From NCBI RefSeq assembly GCF_946998875.1, contig NZ_CAMQAY010000001.1, positions 106,614 through 170,613 on the forward strand: 64,000 nucleotides of DNA, in the 5' to 3' direction. The notes beneath the pieces are model-generated. The model did no database searches. It was not told the DNA's origin and was given only the letters and a program-made list of their open reading frames with translations. Positions within the stretch are counted from its first letter, which is position 1; every line of letters begins with the position of its first letter. Source of the stretch: an uncultured Peptoniphilus sp. Its GTDB lineage: Bacteria > Bacillota > Clostridia > Tissierellales > Peptoniphilaceae. Both the position numbers and the translations under genes were made by a program. Positions 40,789-50,674 of the stretch are shown piece after piece.

Positions 40789-41667
40789 ATGAATATAGGA
40801 TTTGTAGGATTTGGTGAAGCTTCCTACAGTTTAGCAAAAGGATTGAGTAGTGAAGGATTAAAAAAAATGAAAGCATTTGATGTAAATGTTTTCAATGATG
40901 AGTGCAATTCTTTAATAAAAAAGAGATCAAATGAACTAAATATGAAAGTAACAGATTCTTATGAAGGTTTTTTTGACGATATAGATTATGTATTTGTTGC
41001 TGTCCCAGCCTTCGTAGCCTTAGATGCTTGCAAAGAAATAAGTAACTATATAAAAGATACTTGTACTTATGTTGATGTGAGTGCAAGTTCGCCAGCAATA
41101 AAAGATAAATGCAAAAATATTTTAGATAAAAATAATGTTTCATATATTGACGCTTCAATGTTAGGCTCACTACCAAAGCTAAAACATAAAGTTCCATTTT
41201 ATGTTAGTGGTGAAAAAGCAAAAAAATTTATTGAAGATTTTGAAAAATATGGAATGAATATTACTTATGTAAATGAGAAACCTGGCTCTGCAACTTCAAT
41301 AAAACTAATAAGAAGCATTTTTATGAAAGGCATATCTGCATTAATGATTGAACTTGTTATGGCTTCTGATAGCTATGGAGTTTCAGATTTTGTTCTAAAT
41401 TCAATTAGTGACAGTTTAGATGGAATTAGTTTTATGAGTCACCTAAATAGAATTTCTACGGGTTCAGCTATTCATGCTAAGAGACGTGCATTTGAAATTG
41501 GCGGAAGTATAGAAATGCTTGAAGACAAAAATTTAGATTCACTTATGAGTGAAGCCACAAAGAAAAAGCTAGAAATTTTAGCCAATTATGATTTTTCAAA
41601 AGTTGCTGAAAAAGATAATAAAACATGGAAAGATGTAGTAAGTGTTTTAAAAGGAGTTGAAAATTAA
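40789..41667 (+). CDS. NAD(P)-binding dehydrogenase, 6-phosphogluconate-dehydrogenase-like with DUF1932-type C-terminus
   Basis: Rossmann N-terminus IGFVGFGEASYSLAKGL. 292 aa. Confidence 0.65.
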   Translation: MNIGFVGFGEASYSLAKGLSSEGLKKMKAFDVNVFNDECNSLIKKRSNELNMKVTDSYEGFFDDIDYVFVAVPAFVALDACKEISNYIKDTCTYVDVSASSPAIKDKCKNILDKNNVSYIDASMLGSLPKLKHKVPFYVSGEKAKKFIEDFEKYGMNITYVNEKPGSATSIKLIRSIFMKGISALMIELVMASDSYGVSDFVLNSISDSLDGISFMSHLNRISTGSAIHAKRRAFEIGGSIEMLEDKNLDSLMSEATKKKLEILANYDFSKVAEKDNKTWKDVVSVLKGVEN

Positions 41668-41668
41668 T

Positions 41669-42370
41669 ATGTCAGTTGGAAAGAGAATTTATTTAAAGAG
41701 GATTTTACCAGATAAAAAGTTAATTGAGGAATTTAAAGAAATTCCAGCATCAAATACATGTGATGTAATGGGGAGAAATTCTGCAATGAATCCTAGAATT
41801 AAATTAGTAACCAAACCAAAATTACAAATGATGTGTGGACCTGCACTAACAGTCAAATGTAGAGCTGGGGATAATTTGACACTTCATGCAGCATTAAATA
41901 TCTGCCAAGAAGGAGATGTACTCGTAGTATCAAATGAGGAAGATACTACAAGAGCGCTAATGGGTGAAATTATGATGGCTTATCTTTTTGAAGTAAAAAA
42001 AGTTGCAGGAATAATATTAGATGGGCCAATAAGAGATATTGATGAAATTGGTAAATGGGATTTTCCAGTATATTGTACTGGTACGACACCGGGAGGACCC
42101 TATAAAGAAGGACCAGGAGAAATTAATGTACCAATTGCCTGTGGAGGTGTATCAGTAAATCCCGGAGACATAATTCTAGCAGATCCAGATGGAGTAATAG
42201 TTATTCCAAATAAAGATTCGGAAAAAGTTTTAGAAGAAGCAAAAGAGTTTAAAAAGAAAGATGAAGCAAAATTAGAAAAAGCTAAAAATAATGAGTCAAA
42301 TAGAGATTGGGTAAATAAATTATTAAAAGAAAAAGAATACGAAATCATTGATGATTTTTATAAATATTAA
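41669..42370 (+). CDS. RraA-family protein (4-hydroxy-4-methyl-2-oxoglutarate aldolase/oxaloacetate decarboxylase-like)
   Basis: GDVLVV...GEIMMAYLFEVKKVAGIILDGPIRD, the RraA/MenG-fold core. Confidence 0.75.
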   Translation: MSVGKRIYLKRILPDKKLIEEFKEIPASNTCDVMGRNSAMNPRIKLVTKPKLQMMCGPALTVKCRAGDNLTLHAALNICQEGDVLVVSNEEDTTRALMGEIMMAYLFEVKKVAGIILDGPIRDIDEIGKWDFPVYCTGTTPGGPYKEGPGEINVPIACGGVSVNPGDIILADPDGVIVIPNKDSEKVLEEAKEFKKKDEAKLEKAKNNESNRDWVNKLLKEKEYEIIDDFYKY

Positions 42371-42383
42371 TATGGAGGATATT

Positions 42384-43376
42384 ATGAAAAAGAAATTCAG
42401 TACAATATTAACTTTAGTAGCATTAACATGTGCACTACTAGTAGGTTGTAGTAATGACAAAGGTAAAGATACAGCAAGCAGTGAAGAAGGAGTCAACTGG
42501 CCAACAGATACTGTCACAGTAGTTGTACCATATGGTGCAGGAGGAGACACTGATACTTATGCTAGACAAATGGCATTACAATTGCAAAAAGAATTAAATC
42601 AAAATTTTGTAGTAGTTAATACTACAGGTGCGGCAGGAGTAGTTGGGGCATCAAGTGTATTAGATGCGAAGCCAGATGGAAATACTATGTTATTCAACCA
42701 TACTGGGGCTTCGCTATCTCAAGAAGCAGCTAACGCAAATGAATTTTCATTTTTAGATGATTTTGAAACAGTAGCATCTGTTGCTGAAGATGATACCTAT
42801 ACTTTATTAGCAAAAAAAGGAAGCGAATGGGATTCATTAGATAAAATGATAGCTTGGGCGAAAGAAAATCCTGGAAAGCTTAGATATTCTAGCACATACT
42901 ATGGTGCGACTCATGCGGTTGCAACTCAAATGGAAAAAACTATGGGGATAGAATTAGACAAAATAGATGTTGGGTCCAGTACATCTGAAAGATTGACTTC
43001 ATTCATCCAAGATCAATGTGACATTATAGTGGTAAATTTCATGAATGTTGCTGATTATGTAGAAAAAGGTGATTTTGTAGTTCTTGGTGTTTGTTCTGAT
43101 GAAAGATTAAAAGGATTAGAAGAATTTCCAACTTTAAAAGAACAAGGTTATGATGTAGTAATGCCTAAAATTTATGAGGTTAGATTTCCGAAGGGAACAG
43201 ATCAAGCTATTGTTGATAAATTATCAGAGTCAATTAAAAAAGTTACTGAATCAGAAGAGTTTAAAAGCACATTAGAAAAATATTATGCTAAATCTCTATA
43301 TAGGGATGGGAAGACTTCAATTGAAGAAGATAAATTAGAGGTACAAAGACTAAAAGATTTATTTGGCATAAAATAA
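42384..43376 (+). CDS. tctC: tripartite tricarboxylate transporter substrate-binding protein TctC
   Basis: Lipoprotein signal (LLVGCS). PYGAGGDTDTYARQ, the TctC/Bug signature. Confidence 0.85.
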   Translation: MKKKFSTILTLVALTCALLVGCSNDKGKDTASSEEGVNWPTDTVTVVVPYGAGGDTDTYARQMALQLQKELNQNFVVVNTTGAAGVVGASSVLDAKPDGNTMLFNHTGASLSQEAANANEFSFLDDFETVASVAEDDTYTLLAKKGSEWDSLDKMIAWAKENPGKLRYSSTYYGATHAVATQMEKTMGIELDKIDVGSSTSERLTSFIQDQCDIIVVNFMNVADYVEKGDFVVLGVCSDERLKGLEEFPTLKEQGYDVVMPKIYEVRFPKGTDQAIVDKLSESIKKVTESEEFKSTLEKYYAKSLYRDGKTSIEEDKLEVQRLKDLFGIK

Positions 43377-43390
43377 TCGGGAGATGAAGT

Positions 43391-43858
43391 ATGACAAAAA
43401 GAGTTAGAGAAATAATAATTTCAATTTTATTTATGCTTGTAGGTATATTCATATACTTACAAGCTATGAATATAAAGCCTCTTATGAAAAATGAACTTGG
43501 TTCGGGTTATTTTCCTAAAGTAATTGCGGTTGTAATTATAATACTTTCGGTAATAAATTTATTTATTAACTTGAGGAAAGATAAAGAACAAGAAGAAGAG
43601 GTTAAAGAAAAAGGAGATTTTTTTGGAGGATTATCTACCATTGTGTTGATTGGGATTTATTCCGTTCTATATCAAAAAGTAGGATTCCTTATAGGAACAT
43701 CTCTATATTTATTTATCCAAATATTAATTTTATCACCAAAAGAGAAAAGAAATATTCCTATCTTTGTAGCTATTTCTATTTTATTTCCAATATTTGTATA
43801 TTATGTGTTTACTAGATTAATTAATATGCCTTTACCAAAAGGATTATTTGGTTTTTGA
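43391..43858 (+). CDS. tctB: tripartite tricarboxylate transporter small permease TctB
   Basis: 155 aa, 4 TM. Positioned between tctC and tctA. Confidence 0.75.
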   Translation: MTKRVREIIISILFMLVGIFIYLQAMNIKPLMKNELGSGYFPKVIAVVIIILSVINLFINLRKDKEQEEEVKEKGDFFGGLSTIVLIGIYSVLYQKVGFLIGTSLYLFIQILILSPKEKRNIPIFVAISILFPIFVYYVFTRLINMPLPKGLFGF

Positions 43859-43872
43859 AAGGGGGAAAAACT

Positions 43873-45354
43873 TTGGTATTAGAAGCAATGACGATGATTT
43901 TTAATCCCTTTACACTAATGTTAATATTAATTGGCGTCATTATAGGGATAGTATTTGGGGCAATTCCTGGTTTATCAGCAACAATGGCATTAGTGTTATT
44001 TTTGCCTATGTCTTTTGGAATGGAACCCATGAATGGGATTTCTTTATTAGTAGGTTTATATTTAGGAGGAATTTCAGGTGGATTGATTTCAGCCATTTTA
44101 CTTAAGATACCGGGGACACCGTCATCCATAGCAACTCTTTTTGATGGTGCTCCAATGGCGGAAAATGGTCAAGCAGGAAAGGCGCTTGGCACAGGGATTT
44201 TAGTTTCATTTATAGGTGGTCTTTTAAGTATATTTGCATTAATGTTCATTTCACCTGGACTTTCTAAGGTAACATTATTATTCACATCTGTTGAATACTT
44301 TGCAATAGCAGTTTTTTCCCTTACAATAATTGCAAGTTTATCAGGGGATTCTTTGATTAAAGGTGTATTGTCTGGATTATTTGGATTAGTTCTTTCTCTT
44401 GTTGGAATAGCACCAATTGATGGGGTTAGAAGATTTACTTTTGGAATAACAAAGCTTTACGGAGGATTCGAGACAGTTGTAATACTAATCGGAGTTTATG
44501 CAGTAACAGACATTATTTTGGCTGGGTTTAATAGAAATTCAATTGTAATAAAAGCTGAAAAAACTCCATATAACCTAAAAGGGTTTGGAATCACTTTAAA
44601 AGAGCTATCAGAAAACTGGTTAAACATTTTAAGATCAGCTTTAATAGGATTAGGTATTGGTATTTTACCGGGTATAGGTGGATCGACAGCCAGTATATTA
44701 GCCTATACAGCTGAAAAGAATAGTTCAAAAAACCCAGAAACGTATGGTAAAGGTAATATTAGAGGTATAATAGCATCTGAAACTTCAAATAATGCAGTAA
44801 TCGGAGGATCATTAATTCCATTAATTACAATGGGTATACCAGGTAATGTTGCAACAGCAGTATTTCTAGGTGGACTTACAATTCATGGAATTTCACCTGG
44901 ACCACTAATTTTTGACAAAAGTGGTAAATATGTGTATGGTATATTTATCGCTTTACTAGTAGCAAATGTATTTATGTTAGTCTTTGAAAGAGCTGGGCTT
45001 CGAATTTTTGTAAAATTATTAGATATTCCAAAGTATATATTATTACCATTGGTTTTAGTTTGTTGTGTTTTAGGAGCTTACTGTGCAAACTTTACATTAT
45101 TTGATGTTATTTGCGTATTTCTTTTTGGCTTAATGGGATTCGCTTTTAAAAAGTTTGGGATTCCTACCACACCACTAATTATTGGATTTATATTAGGTGG
45201 AATGACAGAATTAAATTTAAGACAGGCTCTTATGCAAAATAAAGGGGATTGGATGATATTTATACAAAAACCAATATCACTTGTATTTATATTAATTGCT
45301 GTAATTTCAATAGCATTAACACTAAGAAAATCAATTAAACAAAAAGTTAAATAA
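43873..45354 (+). CDS. tctA: tripartite tricarboxylate transporter large permease TctA
   Basis: About 495 aa polytopic protein. Start taken at the TTG six nt after GGGGGA. An alternative ATG lies at 43888. Confidence 0.8.
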   Translation: MVLEAMTMIFNPFTLMLILIGVIIGIVFGAIPGLSATMALVLFLPMSFGMEPMNGISLLVGLYLGGISGGLISAILLKIPGTPSSIATLFDGAPMAENGQAGKALGTGILVSFIGGLLSIFALMFISPGLSKVTLLFTSVEYFAIAVFSLTIIASLSGDSLIKGVLSGLFGLVLSLVGIAPIDGVRRFTFGITKLYGGFETVVILIGVYAVTDIILAGFNRNSIVIKAEKTPYNLKGFGITLKELSENWLNILRSALIGLGIGILPGIGGSTASILAYTAEKNSSKNPETYGKGNIRGIIASETSNNAVIGGSLIPLITMGIPGNVATAVFLGGLTIHGISPGPLIFDKSGKYVYGIFIALLVANVFMLVFERAGLRIFVKLLDIPKYILLPLVLVCCVLGAYCANFTLFDVICVFLFGLMGFAFKKFGIPTTPLIIGFILGGMTELNLRQALMQNKGDWMIFIQKPISLVFILIAVISIALTLRKSIKQKVK

Positions 45355-45384
45355 TATTTCATAAAATAAATCCTTGATAGAGAA

Positions 45385-45420
45385 AGTGCAAGATGTATGT
45401 CTTGTGCTTTTTGTTTTTAA
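45385..45420 (+). terminator. terminator, copy B of the 40-nt repeat
   Basis: AGTGCAAGATGTATGTCTTGTGCTTTTTGTTTTT, 2 mismatches versus 38385-38420. Confidence 0.8.
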
Positions 45421-45487
45421 AAAACTTTTGAGGGTATATTAGGGGTGAGAGATTTATTTTTATAACGTGATAAAGGAAAGTGATTTT

Positions 45488-46498
45488 ATGAAAAATGATG
45501 TATTAAGAAGAAAAGAACACGAAGCTGTTAGAAATGGCGTTGGTTATTATGATTTCACTCACCAAGTTTTAGATGTCAAAGGTAAGGATGCAGCAACTTT
45601 TTTAGACAAAGTTTTTGTAAATGACATAAAAAATATGAAAAAGGGTCACGCACTTTACACTACAATGCTAAATGAAGAGGGAAAAATTATTGACGATGTT
45701 ATTGTTTTTAGGTTGGAAGATGACAAGTATTTGATTTCAACTTTATACATTGACAAGATGATTAAGTGGTTTGACAAGTTTAAGGACGGCTGCGACATAG
45801 ACTACAAGGACATCACTTCAAAATTAACTATGTTTGCAGTCCAAGGTCCAAAGTCAAGAGATCTTGTGAATAAAATTGTGGACAAGGATGTTTCTTCTAT
45901 GAAGTTCTTTACTATTGAAGATAACACTGTTGGCGACTTAGACATTATGGTTGCAAGGTCAGGCTTCACAGGCGAACTTGGCTATGAACTTTATGTTGAA
46001 AGCGGCAAGAAGGAAGTTCTTGAAGAAAAAATAAAAGAGTGCGGCAAGGAATTTGGCTTAGTTAATATTACAACTGATGTAATTATTGGCTCACTTCCTG
46101 GTGAAAAGGGATATGTATTAATGAGCGACCTTGAAGGCACAAATCCTCTTGAAGTTGGCTATGGATGGACAGTTCACTGGGACAGTGACTTCATTGGCAA
46201 GGATGAACTTCTAAAGGCAAAGGGAAATATTAAGAGAGATCTTTTCGGCTTTGAACTTTTAGAAGAAGGTCAAGTTGAAGCAGGAGACCCAGTTCTTTGT
46301 GATGGCAAGGAAATTGGCAAGGTTACTAAATTCACTTACGGCTATACTCTTGAAAAGTTCATTGGCTACTGCTTAATTGAAAAAGAATGTGCAGTGGAAG
46401 GAAAAGAAGTTGAAATTAAAAGTAAAGCAGAAAGCCTAAAGGCAAAATTATGCGACAGAGTTTTCTATGACAAAGAAAATGAAAGAGTAAGAGGATAA
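45488..46498 (+). CDS. aminomethyltransferase (GcvT) family folate-binding protein
   Basis: GYYDFTH...FAVQGPKS...ARSGFTGELGYELY motifs of the GcvT/DmdA family. ATG at 45488 after AAGGAAAG. Confidence 0.75.
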   Translation: MKNDVLRRKEHEAVRNGVGYYDFTHQVLDVKGKDAATFLDKVFVNDIKNMKKGHALYTTMLNEEGKIIDDVIVFRLEDDKYLISTLYIDKMIKWFDKFKDGCDIDYKDITSKLTMFAVQGPKSRDLVNKIVDKDVSSMKFFTIEDNTVGDLDIMVARSGFTGELGYELYVESGKKEVLEEKIKECGKEFGLVNITTDVIIGSLPGEKGYVLMSDLEGTNPLEVGYGWTVHWDSDFIGKDELLKAKGNIKRDLFGFELLEEGQVEAGDPVLCDGKEIGKVTKFTYGYTLEKFIGYCLIEKECAVEGKEVEIKSKAESLKAKLCDRVFYDKENERVRG

Positions 46499-46525
46499 GA
46501 GGATAGATTAAAGAATTAAGATAAA

Positions 46526-46551
46526 GGGAGTCCATGGGGCTCCTTTTTTTA
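46526..46551 (+). terminator. rho-independent terminator
   Basis: GGAGTCC-atg-GGGCTCC followed by T8. Confidence 0.8.
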
Positions 46552-46649
46552 TGCTAATCTACAATAAATTTTAAATAAAAATTTTTTGCACTTATATTTT
46601 CATGCTAACTTATTTTAAGTTTGCACAAGACTATAGGTGCAATTTTTTT

Positions 46650-46692
46650 GCAAAAAAATATCTGTTAGAGATTTACTCCCCAACAGATATTT
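46650..46692 (-). terminator. terminator of the TAXI-TRAP operon (minus strand)
   Basis: ATATCTGTT...AACAGATAT stem with U-run on the minus strand, about 35 nt after the permease stop. Confidence 0.65.
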
Positions 46693-46723
46693 AAAAATTT
46701 TAAAATTATTTTATTAATTAAGA

Positions 46724-48808
46724 TTAAGCAGCAGCTGCTGGTTTATTCTTATTTAATATTTTTTGAGTTACAAATATAAATGCTAGAGCAGCAAGTCCAA
46801 TTACATCAGTAAGAAGTTTTGGATCAAGTAGTGCAAAAGCAGCTAAAAGAAGTATAACTCTTTGCCATATTCTTAGTTTTCCAAATAGATAAGATTCTAC
46901 AGTACCAGCCAAGCAAACTGTACCAATAAGAGCAGTTACAATTGTTGGAAGTGCAGCTGTTATTGGAAGCCAATTTACTGTTGTTCCTACTATGGAATCT
47001 ACCATTATTAAGTGTGGATTTATTACAAAGATGTAAGGTATTATAAAGGCGCCTATGGCAAGCTTAAAGGCTTGGAAACCAGTCTTCATTGAGTTTGCAC
47101 CTGCGATACCTGCTCCTGCGTAAGCAGCTAGGGCTACTGGAGGAGTAACGTCGGCAACTACACCAAAGTATAGGATAAATAGGTGGGCTGACATTAAGTT
47201 TACACCAAGTTTTGTTATTGCTGGAACAGCCATTGTTGCAAGTACGATGTATTTTGCAGTAGTTGGAAGTCCCATGCCAAGGATAATTGAAGATATCATT
47301 GTAAGAAGTAGTGTAGGGATAAGTCTACCTTGAGCTATTTGAACAATTACTTCTGCAATCTTTAAACCGAAACCAGTAAGTGTTACAACACCTACTATCA
47401 TACCAGCACAAGCACAGGCACAAGCTACACCAACGGCACCCTTAGCACCTGCTTCCATTGCTCCAAGAATATCTTTAGGAGTAAAGGAATTATCTTTTTT
47501 AATAATAGATGCTGTCATGGCAACAATAACGCCAATTACTATACCAGTTAAAGCAGCCATTGTTGGTGGATATTGTTTAACCAACATGAAGATGATTGCA
47601 ATAAGAGGTAGAGTTAAATAACCTTGTTTTTTCAAAATATTTGAAACCTTTGGAAGTGTTTCTCTAGGCATACCTTTAAGTCCAAGTTTACAAGCTTCCA
47701 AGTGAACCATTGTACCAACAGCTATATAGTATAGAACAGCTGGGATAATGGCAGCCTTAACAATTGAAATGTAAGGGAAACCAGTGAAGTCTGCCATGAT
47801 AAAGGCAGCAGCACCCATTACTGGAGGCATGATTTGTCCACCAGTAGATGCAGTAGCTTCTACGGCACCTGCATAATGAGGTTTGTAACCAACTGATTTC
47901 ATTAGTGGAATTGTAAAGGCACCAGTAGTAACTGTGTTAGCTACAGATGAACCTGAAATTGAACCCATAAGTCCTGAAGAAAGAACTGATGTCATAGCTG
48001 GACCTGATCTTGTAGAACCAGTTAAAGCGTAAGCAAAGTCTATAAAGAATTCACCAACACCAGTTTTGTCTAGGAAGGAACCAAATAGTATAAACATAAA
48101 TACGAAAGTAGAAGATACTCCAAGAGGTGTACCCATAATACCTTCAGTAGTCATATACATATGTGAAACAATTCTTGTTACGTTAAATCCTCTGTGTGCA
48201 AATATACCTGGCAAGTGTCTGCCGAAGTAAGCAAATAGTAGGAATACTATGGTAACTATAGGAAGTTCAGGTCCTACAACTCTTCTTGTAACTTCAAGAG
48301 TAAGAAGAACTGAAAGAACACCAAGTACCATGTCAGTTGTGGACATTTGACCACCTTTAAGGGCAATTGCCTCTACATTAAAGAATATGTAGCCCCAAAC
48401 ACCAACTGATAAAATAATAAGAAGCCAATCAGTGATATCAATTTTATCCCTTGATGACTTTTTAAATCCTGGATAAAGTGCAAATCCAAGAGTAAAGGCA
48501 AAGATTAAGTGAAGAGATCTTTGCTTCATAGCTAAAAGTGTACCATGCCATGCTGTAAATAAATGGAAAGCAGACATTAAAATTGCAACGATTGTAATAA
48601 ATAAAGCAACCTTGCCAGTTAACTTACGAAGTTTACTAGTTTCAAGGTCATATTGCTCCATTAATTCGTTAACATCCATAGTTCCAAGTTCTTCAGCTGC
48701 CTTAGCAAAGCTAGGCTCAGAAGAAGAATCTTTTGAATCTATTTTTGAATCTTCAGTTTTTATTTCTTCAGATTCTAAATTTTCATTTAATTTCTTATCT
48801 TCGCTCAA
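46724..48808 (-). CDS. TRAP transporter fused permease (TAXI-associated 4TM/12TM DctQM fusion)
   Basis: 694 aa, about 17 TM, acidic N-terminal tail. TTG start after AAGGAGG. Downstream of the TAXI SBP and DUF1850 genes. Confidence 0.85.
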   Translation of the reverse strand: MSEDKKLNENLESEEIKTEDSKIDSKDSSSEPSFAKAAEELGTMDVNELMEQYDLETSKLRKLTGKVALFITIVAILMSAFHLFTAWHGTLLAMKQRSLHLIFAFTLGFALYPGFKKSSRDKIDITDWLLIILSVGVWGYIFFNVEAIALKGGQMSTTDMVLGVLSVLLTLEVTRRVVGPELPIVTIVFLLFAYFGRHLPGIFAHRGFNVTRIVSHMYMTTEGIMGTPLGVSSTFVFMFILFGSFLDKTGVGEFFIDFAYALTGSTRSGPAMTSVLSSGLMGSISGSSVANTVTTGAFTIPLMKSVGYKPHYAGAVEATASTGGQIMPPVMGAAAFIMADFTGFPYISIVKAAIIPAVLYYIAVGTMVHLEACKLGLKGMPRETLPKVSNILKKQGYLTLPLIAIIFMLVKQYPPTMAALTGIVIGVIVAMTASIIKKDNSFTPKDILGAMEAGAKGAVGVACACACAGMIVGVVTLTGFGLKIAEVIVQIAQGRLIPTLLLTMISSIILGMGLPTTAKYIVLATMAVPAITKLGVNLMSAHLFILYFGVVADVTPPVALAAYAGAGIAGANSMKTGFQAFKLAIGAFIIPYIFVINPHLIMVDSIVGTTVNWLPITAALPTIVTALIGTVCLAGTVESYLFGKLRIWQRVILLLAAFALLDPKLLTDVIGLAALAFIFVTQKILNKNKPAAAA

Positions 48809-49328
48809 TTTGGCACCTCCTTAGTGCGTATTGTAAAAGTGAGATGTGTTCAGTAGAAAACTCTAAAGCTTCTCTAGGTTCAGAAAATTCTAAAAAGGGA
48901 GTAGTCTTTCCATTAATAACAAGTTTGTGATTTGCTATGACAGCTCCAGTTCTATAAATAACAGTTTCAAAGGGAACATTCATATCATAGAGACAAAAGC
49001 TACCGTCATCAGCGTATTTAAACTTGTATATTAAATTTACAGGAAGACCTGCACCTTGGTCGCGATATCTTTGTTCCATTAGGATTAATTTTCCATCGCG
49101 AACTTCATACCATTCGCTAGTCTCTGACCTTTCAACGGAATGGGTATAGACTATGCCGAACCTTTCCTTATCCTTTAACTGACAAATCTTTAATAGATCA
49201 CCATCAAAGTAAGATTTTATAATTATTGCGTCTATTTTCACAAAGGATAAAATAAAAAAAACTATTATAATAAAGAGAATTGGAAAGAATAACTTCTTTC
49301 CAATGCCCTCTTTATTTCTACCATTCAT
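48795..49328 (-). CDS. DUF1850 domain protein
   Basis: 177 aa with N-terminal TM. Canonical position between TAXI SBP and TRAP permease. Start overlaps the SBP stop (TAATG). Confidence 0.7.
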   Translation of the reverse strand: MNGRNKEGIGKKLFFPILFIIIVFFILSFVKIDAIIIKSYFDGDLLKICQLKDKERFGIVYTHSVERSETSEWYEVRDGKLILMEQRYRDQGAGLPVNLIYKFKYADDGSFCLYDMNVPFETVIYRTGAVIANHKLVINGKTTPFLEFSEPREALEFSTEHISLLQYALRRCQIERR

Positions 49329-50398
49329 TATTTTTTAACTTCGTCGAAATATTTTTGTGCACCTGGGTGAACTTGAATACTCATACCGTCAAGAGCCTTA
49401 TCAAGAGCAATGTCGCCACCTCTTGCGTGAGATTCTTTCATTGTATCAAGGTTTTCAAATAAAAGTTTAACGATATTGTATGCATCTTCTTCAGGCATTT
49501 TTTCGTCAACAGCTAGCATTGATTGTACAGCTACTACAGAGATTTCTTTGTCTTGTCCCTTGTATTCTGTAGGAGTAATGTGTAGGTTAACATAGAATGG
49601 ATATTTTTCAATTAAAGCTTGAGCTTTATCTTCTGCAATTGGAACTAGGTGAACATTGTGAGTAGTTGCTAGTTCAGTAATAGCTGAAGATGGAATTGCT
49701 GCAGTTAAGAATGTTGCATCAATTTGACCAGATTTAATTTGGTCAGCAGCTTCTGCGAAAGATAAGTAGTCAACTTTTCCTAAATCCTTATAAGTGATTC
49801 CGTGAATATCAAGAATTTGTTTTACGTTAACTTCAACACCAGAACCTGGAGCACCAACAGCAACTCTCTTGCCCTTTAAGTCGTCAATAGTTTTGATTCC
49901 TGATTCATCAGAAGCAACTATTTGTACGATTTCAGGATATAGACAGCATAGACCTCTTAGAGAAGGTTTCTTTTGTCCTTCGAAAGTATCAGTACCATTT
50001 ACTGCGTAGTAAGCAACGTCGTTTTGAATAAATGCGATTTCTGCGTCTCCCTTAGTAATAAGTTCAACATTTTCTTTAGAAGCACCAGTAGCTTGTGCAG
50101 TAGCTGTGTAATTTACACCTGCATTGTTAAGAATGTTAGATAGTGCTCCACCTAGTGGATAATATGTACCACCAGTACCACCTGTAGCAACTGACATGAA
50201 TCCGCCCTTAGTTTCCATTAGGCCTTCAGCTTTGATGTCGCCAGTAGCTTCTTTGCTTTCTTCTTTCTTTGCGCCTTCTTCGGTTTTAGTAGCGTTAGCA
50301 GGTTCTTCTTTTTTGTTTCCTCCACCGCCACAAGCAGTTAAAGTAACTGTAACCAAAGCAATAAGCATGATTAGCGTCATAAATTTTTTCTTAGTCAT
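49328..50398 (-). CDS. TAXI-family TRAP transporter substrate-binding lipoprotein
   Basis: Lipobox LTACGGG. GGTGGTYYPLGGALSN, the TAXI signature. Confidence 0.88.
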   Translation of the reverse strand: MTKKKFMTLIMLIALVTVTLTACGGGGNKKEEPANATKTEEGAKKEESKEATGDIKAEGLMETKGGFMSVATGGTGGTYYPLGGALSNILNNAGVNYTATAQATGASKENVELITKGDAEIAFIQNDVAYYAVNGTDTFEGQKKPSLRGLCCLYPEIVQIVASDESGIKTIDDLKGKRVAVGAPGSGVEVNVKQILDIHGITYKDLGKVDYLSFAEAADQIKSGQIDATFLTAAIPSSAITELATTHNVHLVPIAEDKAQALIEKYPFYVNLHITPTEYKGQDKEISVVAVQSMLAVDEKMPEEDAYNIVKLLFENLDTMKESHARGGDIALDKALDGMSIQVHPGAQKYFDEVKK

Positions 50399-50674
50399 AA
50401 TAATCCTCCTTGACCTTATTCAAATAAACTAAAATTTTATGAAAATGTTTATCTGATAGTTTTATATTACAATAAGTAATATTAAATGTCAATTAAATAA
50501 AAAGGATATTAGGGCGGGAAATTGTATTATATTTATACAAAACTATAAATCTGAAAACGGTTTATAAGAGAAAAAGTTGGATAAAGTGATGAAATAAGCT
50601 TTTGGGGTAAGAATAAAATATAAAATTAGTAAATAAAATCATAAAAAATTTAAAAATAAATTTTGGAGGAAAAA

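Noticed and set aside
40892-41197. 101-aa minus-strand ORF inside the 6PGDH-like gene (also 42100-42550 ORFs)
   Set aside because: Antisense or out-of-frame shadow ORFs with Leu/Tyr/His-rich low-complexity products.
38381-45420. Exact 7000-bp spacing between the two 40-nt repeat copies as a sign of an artificial construct
   Set aside because: Gene content and intergenic signals are internally coherent. Treated as coincidence. The repeats themselves are still reported.
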